Positions 1 to 8,785 of a stretch of DNA of 24,000 nucleotides are shown in pieces. Within the stretch, counting starts at the first letter, position 1. Every line of letters starts with the position of its first letter. The stretch comes from an uncultured Candidatus Saccharimonadales bacterium (GTDB taxonomy: Bacteria > Patescibacteriota > Saccharimonadia > UBA4664), in contig CAZGZY010000001.1 of the NCBI GenBank assembly GCA_964530365.1, positions 6,348 to 30,347 of the forward strand. Reading direction: 5' to 3'. A program made the position numbers and the translations under genes. The notes beneath the pieces were generated by a model that was not told the DNA's origin, made no database searches, and worked only from the letters and a program-made list of their open reading frames with translations.

Positions 1-2
1 CG

Positions 3-1376
3 GCCACCACGGGGCTGGCGGCGAGCCACCTGGGAGGCAGTACGATCCATTCGTGGGCGGGTATTGGGATCGCCGACGAGTTGCCGGCGCATTTTGTGGC
101 GAATTTGAGCAAAGCGCGTCACGACATTATTACCAAAACCGACGTGCTAATTATTGACGAGATCTCGATGCTGCATGATTTTCGGCTAGACATGGTGGAC
201 CAGGCGGCGCGAATGGTGCGCGGGAGCGATGAGCCGTTTGGCGGCATTCAGGTGATTTTGTGCGGCGACTTTTTCCAGTTGCCGCCGGTGAGCCGGAATG
301 ATGCGCGAGCCGGCGGCTTTGTAACGGATTCGGCCGCCTGGCGCGAGCTGGACCCGGTGATTTGCCGGCTGGAAGAGCAGCACCGGCAAGACGACGCGGA
401 TTTTTTGGCGGTGCTGGGCGCGCTGCGGGCGGGCGATATTCGTCGCGGGCACGCTGAAGCGCTGATGAGTCGGTTGAACGCGCCGCTTTCGGGTGCCGTG
501 ACCGAATTGCATACCACCAACGTGGACGTTGACCGCATCAACGAGGCGCAGCTGGCGACGATTGACGGTGAGGCGCAAGTCTACCTGATGACGACCACAG
601 GTAAAGAAAACTACGTGGAGTCGCTCAAGCGGTCGTGTTTGGCGCCGGAGACCTTGGTGCTGAAGGTGGGGGCGCTGGTGATGTGCATTAAAAATTCGCC
701 GGACCGCCGGTATGTGAACGGGTCGCTGGGGGTGGTGACCGGGTTCGAGGTGCTCACCGGGTACCCGGAGGTGGAGTTGCGCAGCGGCCGGACCATTACG
801 GTGACGCCCGATGCCTGGGAGCTGCGTGACGGTGATAAAAAGCGCGCGTCGCTCACGCAATTGCCGTTGCGGCTAGCGTGGGCTATTACGGTCCATAAGA
901 GCCAGGGCATGACGCTCGATGCCGCGCGCATCGACCTGCGGCGGGCGTTTGTGCCGGGGATGGGGTATGTGGCGTTGAGCCGCGTACGGGGGCTGTCGAG
1001 CCTGAGCTTGGTGGGGATTAATCAGATGGCGCTCAAAGTGGCGCCGGAAGCGTTGGCGATGGACGGCGTGCTAGCGGCCAAGGGCGCGGCCGATGCCAAG
1101 CGGTTTGCGCAGCTGGCCGAAGCGGCCGAGCAGCGGCAAAACGCGCCCGAAGCGCCGTCTGGGGACAAGAGTTGGGGTGGCAAGCTCGAGGTGATGCGGG
1201 CGGTTTACCCGAACGCGTTTAGGCCTTGGCCGGCGGCCGACGATGCCAAATTGCGCGAATTGTTTGAGGGAGGCGCGGGGCTGGCGAGTTTGAGCGAGAC
1301 GTTTGGCCGTCATCCCGGCTCGATCCGGTCGCGGCTCAGGAAGCATTTTGGTGAGGATGTTTCGGTTCCCCGGTAG
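3..1376 (+). CDS. Pif1/RecD-like SF1 helicase, 3' part (5' end truncated by the window) with a C-terminal HTH-like domain
   Basis: Frame is open upstream of ATG 81 (ATTGLAASHLGGSTIHSWAGIG...), so 81 is not the true start. Motifs DVLIIDEISML (Walker B), GGIQVILCGDFFQLPPV and AWAITVHKSQGMTL. C-terminus WPAADDAKLRELFEGGAGLASLSETFGRHPGSIRSRLRKHFG resembles a helix-turn-helix. Confidence 0.88.
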   Translation, partial: ATTGLAASHLGGSTIHSWAGIGIADELPAHFVANLSKARHDIITKTDVLIIDEISMLHDFRLDMVDQAARMVRGSDEPFGGIQVILCGDFFQLPPVSRNDARAGGFVTDSAAWRELDPVICRLEEQHRQDDADFLAVLGALRAGDIRRGHAEALMSRLNAPLSGAVTELHTTNVDVDRINEAQLATIDGEAQVYLMTTTGKENYVESLKRSCLAPETLVLKVGALVMCIKNSPDRRYVNGSLGVVTGFEVLTGYPEVELRSGRTITVTPDAWELRDGDKKRASLTQLPLRLAWAITVHKSQGMTLDAARIDLRRAFVPGMGYVALSRVRGLSSLSLVGINQMALKVAPEALAMDGVLAAKGAADAKRFAQLAEAAEQRQNAPEAPSGDKSWGGKLEVMRAVYPNAFRPWPAADDAKLRELFEGGAGLASLSETFGRHPGSIRSRLRKHFGEDVSVPR

Positions 1377-1487
1377 GGTTCGTTAATCCTCTGCTGGGTT
1401 ATCGCGCCGCACGGGGTGGGTTGGTTTCGTGGAATTATTACACGCTCTCTCTCGCGCCCAGGTAGTGCAAGGACTATAGTGTAGGGT

Positions 1488-2399
1488 ATGAGCCACTCCC
1501 CCATTGTCTCAATCTCGAATTTCCGGATGCGGTTTGGTGACCATGTAGTGATCGATGATTTGTCGTTTGACGTTCAGCCGGGCGAGACATTCGCGTTTTT
1601 GGGGTCGAATGGGTCGGGCAAGACCACCACGATCCGCACGCTTTTGGGGATTTTTGAGCCGACGGCCGGAACGCTACTGGTCAACGGGAAGAAGTATACG
1701 CCCGAAATGAGCTCAATGCTGGGGTATTTACCGGAAGAGCGGGGATTGTACAAAAAGGAATCGGTGCTGGCCACCATGCTTTACTTTGCCGAATTGCGCC
1801 GGATGGATCGGGCGGCGGCACGGGCGTGGAGCTTGGCTTACCTGGAGCGGATTGGGTTGGGTGATAAGGCCAACACGCCGATCGAGCAATTATCCGGCGG
1901 AGAGCAGCAAAAAATCCAGCTAGGGGTCACGATCATGAACGACCCCGAGCTGATGATTTTAGATGAGCCAACCAAGGGGTTTGACCCAGTCAACCGCCGG
2001 CTGCTAATGGAGATCGTGGAGGAACATAGCAAACGCGGCGCCACGGTTATTTTGGTGACGCACCAGATGGAAGAGGTGGAACGGTTGTGCGACCGGGTGA
2101 TCTTGCTCAAAGACGGTAAGCGACGGTTATACGGCACCGTTGGCGCGATTCGCGCGGAGTACGGCGCGGAGGTGGTCGAGTTGGAGTTCGACGGCCCGCT
2201 CCCTCATTCGTCCAAGCTATACACGGTGAGCCAATCTGGTAAGCGGACGGCCGAATTGAGCCTGGCGGACGGGGTCACGGCCCCCGACGTGCTGCGAGAG
2301 CTTGTAGCGCACAGAGGGCTTTCAATTAGTAAATTTGAATTGCGGCGGTCGTCGCTTGATGATATTTTCGTCAGCATTTATAACGAGGGACAGGTATGA
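1488..2399 (+). CDS. ABC transporter ATP-binding protein (NatA/ABC-2 exporter type)
   Basis: Walker A GSNGSGKTT, signature QLSGGEQQKIQLG, Walker B LMILDEPTKG; C-terminal SLDDIFVSIYNEG typical of NatA-like exporters. Confidence 0.95.
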   Translation: MSHSPIVSISNFRMRFGDHVVIDDLSFDVQPGETFAFLGSNGSGKTTTIRTLLGIFEPTAGTLLVNGKKYTPEMSSMLGYLPEERGLYKKESVLATMLYFAELRRMDRAAARAWSLAYLERIGLGDKANTPIEQLSGGEQQKIQLGVTIMNDPELMILDEPTKGFDPVNRRLLMEIVEEHSKRGATVILVTHQMEEVERLCDRVILLKDGKRRLYGTVGAIRAEYGAEVVELEFDGPLPHSSKLYTVSQSGKRTAELSLADGVTAPDVLRELVAHRGLSISKFELRRSSLDDIFVSIYNEGQV

Positions 2400-3613
2400 G
2401 CGCGTTGGGGACGGTCTTCCGATTTGAATTTTCCCGCACCCTCACTAAGCGCAGCTTTTGGATTCGGACTTTGTCGATTCCCGTGCTGATCGCGGCGGTG
2501 GTGATGCTGTCGTATTTTTCGAGCAAGGCGGCTCAAAACAAGGCGGGCGAACAGGTTAAGAACGCGCATTTTTCGATTGCCATCATGGACGATTCGAAAC
2601 TGGTGCTGCCTCAGGTGCTGACGGCCGTGCACGCCCAAACGGTAACCAACAAGCAAGCCGGCATTAACCTGGTGCGGTCAGGCGGTGTGGACGCGTTTTT
2701 CTACTACCCATCCAAGCCATCGCGAACGCCGGTGCAAGTGTACGCCAAGGATGTCGGGCTGGTCGACAGTGGCAAATACGCGGGCGTGGCCAGTGAACTT
2801 TTACGGACCAGCCTGGTGGCGGCGTCCGGTAGTGGTGAGCGGGCGGCGTTGCTGCAGGCGCCGGCTAGCACCACCCTCATCACCTACAAAGACGGTCAGG
2901 TAACTAAGGGTATCGGCCGGGTTGTGGCGCCGGGACTGTTTTTGGTGCTGTTTTACGCTGTCATTGTGCTGCTAGGCAACCAAATGCTTACGAGCACCAC
3001 TGAAGAAAAAGAGAACCGGGTAATTGAGATGATTTTGACCTCGGTTACTGCCCAGAGCGTGATTGTGGGCAAGATTTTGGCGCTGATGGCGCTGGGCATC
3101 ATTCAGATCGCGGCTATTTTGGCGCCGGTGCTGGTGGCGTACTTTGGCTTCCACGATCAGCTGCATATTCAGCAATTTGACCTGAGTCAAGTTAGCCTGG
3201 CGCCGTGGCCGATCATTGTAGGCGCCGCGCTGTTTGTGGGCGGGTTTACTTTGTTTACGGCGCTGCTCGTGGCCATTGGTTCGGCTGTGCCGACGGCTAA
3301 AGAGGCTAGCGGGTATTTTGGTGTGGCCGTGATAAGCATTATTATCCCGGTTTATGCGCTGGGGGTAATTATTTCGTCACCGGATCAGCTAATGGTGCGG
3401 GTGATGACGTTTTTCCCGCTGACGGCGCCGATTACCCTGATGCTGCGTAATGCCGTGGGTAACTTGAGTGTGCCGGATACAGTCATAGGCTTGGCGATTT
3501 TATATGTGTCGGGTGCCGCGCTGATGGCGCTGGCGATCCGGGTATTTCGCTTCGGATCGCTGGAATACGCCCGCAAGCTGAGCTTACGCGAGGTGTTGAC
3601 CCGGCGAGCCTAG
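2396..3613 (+). CDS. ABC-2 type permease (NatB-like)
   Basis: Overlaps the ATPase gene by 4 nt (ATGA). N-terminal TM, extracellular domain, then TTTEEKENRVIEMILTSVTAQSVIVGKILALM typical of NatB/ABC-2 permeases. Confidence 0.92.
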   Translation: MSALGTVFRFEFSRTLTKRSFWIRTLSIPVLIAAVVMLSYFSSKAAQNKAGEQVKNAHFSIAIMDDSKLVLPQVLTAVHAQTVTNKQAGINLVRSGGVDAFFYYPSKPSRTPVQVYAKDVGLVDSGKYAGVASELLRTSLVAASGSGERAALLQAPASTTLITYKDGQVTKGIGRVVAPGLFLVLFYAVIVLLGNQMLTSTTEEKENRVIEMILTSVTAQSVIVGKILALMALGIIQIAAILAPVLVAYFGFHDQLHIQQFDLSQVSLAPWPIIVGAALFVGGFTLFTALLVAIGSAVPTAKEASGYFGVAVISIIIPVYALGVIISSPDQLMVRVMTFFPLTAPITLMLRNAVGNLSVPDTVIGLAILYVSGAALMALAIRVFRFGSLEYARKLSLREVLTRRA

Positions 3614-3984
3614 TCGGTTGCAGCGTTCTTGTATTCAGTGTATTTTGCATGGTTGCCGCGGGCCTTGTGAGGCGGGTACTTGGCCTCATTTTTGTCGATT
3701 TTGGCGTGGGTGGCGGCGATGAGGTCGATGTCGAAATACTGGCACATGAGTAAGACATTGTAGAATACGTCGGCTAGCTCATCACTCACTGCGGTTTTGT
3801 GCACGCGCAAGTGCTCGGCCATTTCGGCTGGGTTTTTCCAGAGGAAATGCTCGAGCACTTCGGAGGCTTCCAGTGAGAGGGAGATGGCGAGGTCCTTGGG
3901 GTTGTGGAACTGCGCCCAGTCTCGGGCCTCGTTGAAGGCTTTGATGCGGTCGAGTATCGGGCCGATTTGGGAGCCGTTTGTCAT
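3610..3984 (-). CDS. MazG-like nucleotide pyrophosphohydrolase
   Basis: WAQFHNPKDLAISLSLEASEVLEHFLW...DELADVFYNVLLM: ExxE...DExxD metal-binding pattern of the MazG/RS21-C6 family. Confidence 0.87.
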   Translation of the reverse strand: MTNGSQIGPILDRIKAFNEARDWAQFHNPKDLAISLSLEASEVLEHFLWKNPAEMAEHLRVHKTAVSDELADVFYNVLLMCQYFDIDLIAATHAKIDKNEAKYPPHKARGNHAKYTEYKNAATD

Positions 3985-4006
3985 TGGCTTTAGTGTAACA
4001 TTTCCG

Positions 4007-4429
4007 CTAATGGCCGCCTTCTACTCGGAAGCCGAGCTGCCGCAGATGCAGGGCCCAGGAGGATTCGAGCGCCTCGGCTTCGGATTGCCGAAAGAAGCAC
4101 GGGAGATGGGCGTAAAGATCGGGCCGGAGGGCGCCCCCGACGCCGCGTTTGAAGATGCGGGCCGCGTGGAAGATGGCCAGGCCGGTGAGGTGTTGTTGCA
4201 GCCGTTCTTCCGGCGTGTACCAGGTTTGGCCAACGTAGACGTGGTTGCTATTGCCGTCTAGCTCGATTACGTAGACGCCGTAGGTGCGGCGGCCGGATAT
4301 GAATTGAGCTCGGGTGATGAGGTTGTAGCCGAATTCGAATTGGTCGCGCAGTCGCTCCACGTAGTCTTCGTGGACGGCGTAACGGTAGAGGCGTTGGGGC
4401 ACGAGGTGTCCCCTCTCGGGCTCGAACAA
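4007..4429 (-). CDS. GIY-YIG-like nuclease domain protein
   Basis: TYGVYVIELDGNSNHVYVGQTWYTPEERLQQHLTG resembles the GIY-YIG core. Confidence 0.6.
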   Translation of the reverse strand: MFEPERGHLVPQRLYRYAVHEDYVERLRDQFEFGYNLITRAQFISGRRTYGVYVIELDGNSNHVYVGQTWYTPEERLQQHLTGLAIFHAARIFKRGVGGALRPDLYAHLPCFFRQSEAEALESSWALHLRQLGFRVEGGH

Positions 4430-4536
4430 ATAGTCGATGAGGATACCGTGGCGCGTTTTTTGGGCAGCGCGGGCAAACGCGGCTAGTTCGGCGTGCCATT
4501 GCGGCTCGGTTTGGTGGAGCCAGATGGTCTCTTTAA

Positions 4537-5433
4537 TTAGTAGCGCTCGACGTTAATGGTTGAGGCGCCGCCGTCGACGCTGATGGTAATTTGGGTGGCG
4601 GCTGTGTCGAACCCTGGCGAGGTGTAGGTGTCGCCGCTCTGGTCTAGGCCGAGCGTGCCAAGGTTGTCGGTGATGAGGCCGCCGTTTTTGGTGATTTTGA
4701 GCGCGGCCGATTTCGGGGCGCGAATCTTCAGGCTGGAAGCGCCGCCGTTAACGCTGACCTTCTGGCGCGGGCTGGCACTGCCGAGGGTAATTGTGGTGTT
4801 GCTTGCGCCACCATCCAGGGTGAACGACGCGAAGTTGAGGTGAGACAGGTCGATGCGAGAGCGGCTAGCCCCGGAGTTTAGCGTGAGGTCAAGGGCGGGC
4901 CCCTGCGCGATGGCCAGGTCAAACTGGCGGTTGGCCCCGAACCACCAGTTGGAGTTGTTTGAATCGAGTTTGGCGGTGGCGGCGTCTGAGGTGCGGTGGA
5001 AGGATTGGCTAAGGGTGAACCCGTGGGTTGCGGCGGTGTAGAGCGCCGAGTCTGACGCGCCTAGAGCGGTGAGGTCGAAGTTGGTGGCGCCGGCCGAGAC
5101 GGTTAGCGTTAGCCGGGCGAGGCCCTGGCCGTCTGTTTGGGTGATGGATGAGGAGGGGTTTCCGTGTGCGTGCTGCCCGGTGACGGCGTCACGGAAGGGC
5201 TGGGGCGCGACCACCACGCCCACAATACTAATCGCCATGAGGCCGCCGAGCAGCCAGTCGGCCCAGGCGGTTGGGGGTAGCATTAGCCGCAGCCCGCCCA
5301 CAATGAGCAGGGCCGGCCAGAGCATAATTAGGAACCGCCAATCGAGCTGCCACCAGTGGTTGGTTACCCCCAAGAAGAGTACGCCCAGGCCTACGAGGAA
5401 AATGCCCGATAGAATCGAGTTTCGCGACCTCAT
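4537..5433 (-). CDS. LiaF/toast-rack-type membrane protein with repeated beta-helix-like motifs
   Basis: Four short TM segments at the N-terminus, then repeated LDGGASNTTITL / VNGGASSLKIRA / VDGGASTINVE motifs. Confidence 0.75.
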   Translation of the reverse strand: MRSRNSILSGIFLVGLGVLFLGVTNHWWQLDWRFLIMLWPALLIVGGLRLMLPPTAWADWLLGGLMAISIVGVVVAPQPFRDAVTGQHAHGNPSSSITQTDGQGLARLTLTVSAGATNFDLTALGASDSALYTAATHGFTLSQSFHRTSDAATAKLDSNNSNWWFGANRQFDLAIAQGPALDLTLNSGASRSRIDLSHLNFASFTLDGGASNTTITLGSASPRQKVSVNGGASSLKIRAPKSAALKITKNGGLITDNLGTLGLDQSGDTYTSPGFDTAATQITISVDGGASTINVERY

Positions 5434-5437
5434 CGCG

Positions 5438-5875
5438 CTACCGCCGTTTCATAATGATGAACAGGCCGATGATAATGAGGATCATGGGCCAAGCGTAGCG
5501 CCAGACATCAAAACCGATGGTCTCCTGGATGAAAAACGCGACGCCGAGGCCAATTAGAATGATGCCGCCGAGCATCCGGCCTTGTGGGGAGCGTTCGTGG
5601 TAGTGCCGGTGGTCATGGGTGGCAGGGCGGTCGGTGGTTGTTTTGGTTTCGTCTGGTTCGGGCATGGCGGCCTCCTGGGGGGTTAATGGCGCTTCCGGGA
5701 TAATGATCCAGCCGACGGCGTAAACAAGCACGCCGGCGCCCCCGGCAATGGTCAGGACCAGAAACACGAGGCGGATGATGGTGGGGTCGATATTGAAGTA
5801 TTCGGCGATACCACCAGCGACGCCGGCGAGCATCCGGTTTGAGCGTGAGCGGTAGAGTATTTGGTGAGTTCCCAT
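5438..5875 (-). CDS. PspC-domain membrane protein
   Basis: LYRSRSNRMLAGVAGGIAEYFNIDPTIIRLVFLVLTIAGGAGVLVYAVGWIIIPE is a canonical PspC domain; a second hydrophobic region follows. Confidence 0.93.
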   Translation of the reverse strand: MGTHQILYRSRSNRMLAGVAGGIAEYFNIDPTIIRLVFLVLTIAGGAGVLVYAVGWIIIPEAPLTPQEAAMPEPDETKTTTDRPATHDHRHYHERSPQGRMLGGIILIGLGVAFFIQETIGFDVWRYAWPMILIIIGLFIIMKRR

Positions 5876-5970
5876 GATAGTTCCATGCTACATCGCCAGA
5901 CGCAATTGCGCTATGAGGTTGGTCACATAGGCTTTCCGCCCAGCAAAACCGCTCGACGCCGGCTGTTTAC

Positions 5971-5999
5971 AAAAACCCCGGCGGTGGCCGGTGGCTAGG
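5971..5999 (-). terminator. Rho-independent terminator-like hairpin
   Basis: Minus strand: CCGGC CACC GCCGG GG TTTTT. Confidence 0.4.
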
Positions 6000-6180
6000 G
6001 GTTGATGGCCTCGGGGTGCGACCCCCGAAGCCAACGAAGCTATCTTACCAACACACTCTCGTTCGGCCGTTGTTATCACTCTTGCTGCAAGACAAAAGTG
6101 AGAGAACGACTACGAACAGGTGCTTGGGGGCCTCGCCGCCGTTGCTGAAGTGAGCGCATTCTGTCATTTGGGCAGTGTGA
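5971..6180 (-). ncRNA. Candidate structured small RNA between divergent genes
   Basis: Minus strand of a 471-nt intergenic region contains several hairpins and ends in CCGGC-CACC-GCCGG followed by GGTTTTTG (terminator-like). No good ORF or tRNA. Confidence 0.25.
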
Positions 6181-6346
6181 CGAATATAGGTAAAACTCCA
6201 GACATTGCCCTGTTAAAAATGTTTGTTTTGATTATGAGCCAATGTTGGCGATGTTTGCGCAAGATACGGCCCTAGTAAAGGAGAATAGGCTTTGCCCTGC
6301 CAACCTTCTTATGCTTAGCCCGTGGAACGTAGTATTATGAGGAGTA

Positions 6347-8785
6347 ATGGGGCAGCCAAAGGCGAATAACATAACCAGCCCGAAGAAGCGGGCCGATTCC
6401 TGGGAGGGCGTCGGCGTGAGCCAATGGCTGGGGGTGGCTCTTGCCGGAGTTGTGTCGGCATTGTTGTTTGTGGGGCTGACCAAGCTGGGGATGGATTGGC
6501 ACGTTTTTGACTTCCGGTTTAATCCCTACGCGTTGTTCTCGTTGGCGGCGGTCGCCAGCAACCTGGTTTTGTTGGTCCTGATCGGGCGGGTAAAAGAGAA
6601 AACGCACGATATGGTGTGGTTGTCGCTCTACATCACTTGTTTGCTGATGTGGGCGATCGTTGAGTTCTTTACCCGGATTAGCGCCAACACGGAAACATTT
6701 TTGTTCTGGTGGCCGATTTCGACGCTGCCGTCGTTTTTTATGCCCGTCATGCTGTTCATGTTTGTTTTGTCCTACACGAAGCCAAAACAGGGTCGGAACA
6801 TTTGGACTATCGTGCCGTTGTTTGTGGCGGCCATGCTGATGGTGTTCTTTGACCTGCGCACGCCCCTGTTTAACCACTATATCGCCCGGGAGGTGATAGC
6901 GACGCCCTGGAACGGGGCGGTGGCCCCAGGTATTTTTTACAACATGGTGGCGCTATGGATCGTTGGACTTACCGTACTCTCGATTGTGATGCTGGTGCTG
7001 TATTACCGGCGAACTCTGGAACCAACCCTCAAGCGGCAGGCGAGGCTTCTGATTATCGCGACGCTGGTGCCCGTTTCTGTCGGGATTGTGACCGATGCCC
7101 TGTTGCCGGCGCTAGGTATCTTTGACGTCCTGCCGCTGGCGGTGATGCTGACGGCTTTGTCGGGCGCGCTTTACACTTATGCAATTTTACGCTACCGGTT
7201 CCTGACCTTTAGTTCGTCGGTGGTGGCAGCGAATATCCTCGAGACCATCAACGAGGCGGTGATTGGGGTCGGCTCGGATTTGAGTATTAATTACGTGAAC
7301 CAGGGCGCCGAGAATTTATTGGGTTATTCGCGCGGGCAAATGGCAAAGCAGCATTTTAGCGACTTCCTGAGCCAAGATTGGTCCCAGGAGGATCTAAAGA
7401 AGTTCCTGCTTGTCCCCATGGTGCCGGGCCATCGGAGCGAGTTTGGGTCGATCGACTTACGGACGGCTGGGGGCGGGATCTTAACCGTGAAGCTATCCAT
7501 TTCGCAGGTCTCGGAAGACGGCATGCAACGGGGATATTTGGTAGTAATGACCGATATTAGCGAGATGGCCCGGGCCGCCGAGATGGTCGAGAAGGAGGTG
7601 CGGCAACGGACGCGGGAGGTGCGGGAGGCCGAAGCGACGCTCGTGACATCAATTAACAGTTTGAGGCTCGGGTTTATTATTACCAACGCGAAACCCGAGG
7701 TGATCCGGCTCAATACCGTGGCGCATGATTTGTTCTGCGGGAGCCATGAGCACACTGCGGGAGAATGCCGGGAGGTGACAGTCGCGAAGGTTCAGGCGGT
7801 GATGGGCAAGAGCATCGCGGTAGCCCAGGGCATCAACGAGTGTTTGCGGCGGCAATTGCCCAGCGAGTTTAATAATGTGGCTTCCCAGAATCGAAATTGG
7901 CGCGTGTACCTGTCGCCGATGGTGGTGGACCATAAATCGATTGGTTGCGCGGTCTTGCTGCAAGATACGACAGATGAGCAAATCTTGGAGCGTTCCCGGG
8001 ACGAGTTTTTCTCGATCGCCTCCCATGAGTTGCGGACTCCCCTGACCTCAATTAAGGGGAACTCCTCCCTCATCTTGGAGTACTACAAGGATGTCCTAAA
8101 AGACGCGACGCTCAAAGAAATGGTGACCGACATCCATGAATCGAGCGATCGGTTGATTGAGATTGTGAACGATTTCCTTGATGTCTCGCGGTTGGAGCAG
8201 GGTCGGATCGAGTTCCATTTGGAGCAGCTGTTGCTGCCGAAGGTAGTGGAGGAGGTGGCCTATGGGATGGGCGCCCTCATTAAGCAGAAAAACTTGCACT
8301 TGGTGTTGTCGCACAGCTTGGCGCGGTTGGACCAGATACCGGCGGTGGTGGCCGATAAAAACCGCCTGAAGCAAATATTGTTCAACTTGGTTGGCAACGC
8401 GGTTAAGTTTACGAACAAGGGCGGGCGGATCACCATTGGCGCATCGGTGTTGCCCGGGTTTGTTGAGGTGACGGTGGCGGATACAGGAGCGGGCATCTCG
8501 GCTGAATACCAGGCTTTGCTGTTCCATAAGTTTCAGCAGGCCAGCGACAGTATCCTGACGCGGGACTCGTCTAACGGGACCGGGCTTGGTCTGTACATCT
8601 CGCGGCTTTTGGCGGTTGGGATGGGCGGCACGCTTGAGCTTAGGAAATCGGAACTTGGTAAAGGCAGCGTGTTTGCGCTGCGGATATTGCTGGCGACGCC
8701 GGAGCGGCTCAAGCACTTGGGCGACTCGGCCAAGGTGCTTGATACCAAAAGCGGCTTGATGGTCGATAAAGAGTCTAGTAAGTAG
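6347..8785 (+). CDS. Multi-TM sensor histidine kinase with PAS domain(s)
   Basis: N-terminal TM helices, PAS-like segment (ETINEAVIGVGSDLSINYVNQGAENLLGYSRGQM), H-box FSIASHELRTPLTSIKGN, N-box LKQILFNLVGNAVKFTN, G1 VADTGAGIS, G2 GTGLGLYISRLL. Confidence 0.93.
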   Translation: MGQPKANNITSPKKRADSWEGVGVSQWLGVALAGVVSALLFVGLTKLGMDWHVFDFRFNPYALFSLAAVASNLVLLVLIGRVKEKTHDMVWLSLYITCLLMWAIVEFFTRISANTETFLFWWPISTLPSFFMPVMLFMFVLSYTKPKQGRNIWTIVPLFVAAMLMVFFDLRTPLFNHYIAREVIATPWNGAVAPGIFYNMVALWIVGLTVLSIVMLVLYYRRTLEPTLKRQARLLIIATLVPVSVGIVTDALLPALGIFDVLPLAVMLTALSGALYTYAILRYRFLTFSSSVVAANILETINEAVIGVGSDLSINYVNQGAENLLGYSRGQMAKQHFSDFLSQDWSQEDLKKFLLVPMVPGHRSEFGSIDLRTAGGGILTVKLSISQVSEDGMQRGYLVVMTDISEMARAAEMVEKEVRQRTREVREAEATLVTSINSLRLGFIITNAKPEVIRLNTVAHDLFCGSHEHTAGECREVTVAKVQAVMGKSIAVAQGINECLRRQLPSEFNNVASQNRNWRVYLSPMVVDHKSIGCAVLLQDTTDEQILERSRDEFFSIASHELRTPLTSIKGNSSLILEYYKDVLKDATLKEMVTDIHESSDRLIEIVNDFLDVSRLEQGRIEFHLEQLLLPKVVEEVAYGMGALIKQKNLHLVLSHSLARLDQIPAVVADKNRLKQILFNLVGNAVKFTNKGGRITIGASVLPGFVEVTVADTGAGISAEYQALLFHKFQQASDSILTRDSSNGTGLGLYISRLLAVGMGGTLELRKSELGKGSVFALRILLATPERLKHLGDSAKVLDTKSGLMVDKESSK

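Noticed and set aside
81-83. ATG at 81 as helicase start
   Set aside because: The frame is open upstream with conserved helicase sequence (TTGLAASHLGG..TIHSWAGIG); the real start is outside the window.
186-860. 224-aa antisense ORF inside the helicase
   Set aside because: Antisense to conserved helicase motifs, with no recognisable domain.
6007-6032. GGCCTCGGGGTGCGACCCCCGAAGCC as a tRNA T-arm
   Set aside because: The loop lacks TTC/GAA and no acceptor, D or anticodon arms can be placed around it.
5888-6483. Short minus ORFs 5888..6079 and 6232..6483 in the intergenic region
   Set aside because: No motifs or convincing RBS; one overlaps the terminator-like hairpin and the other overlaps the kinase start.
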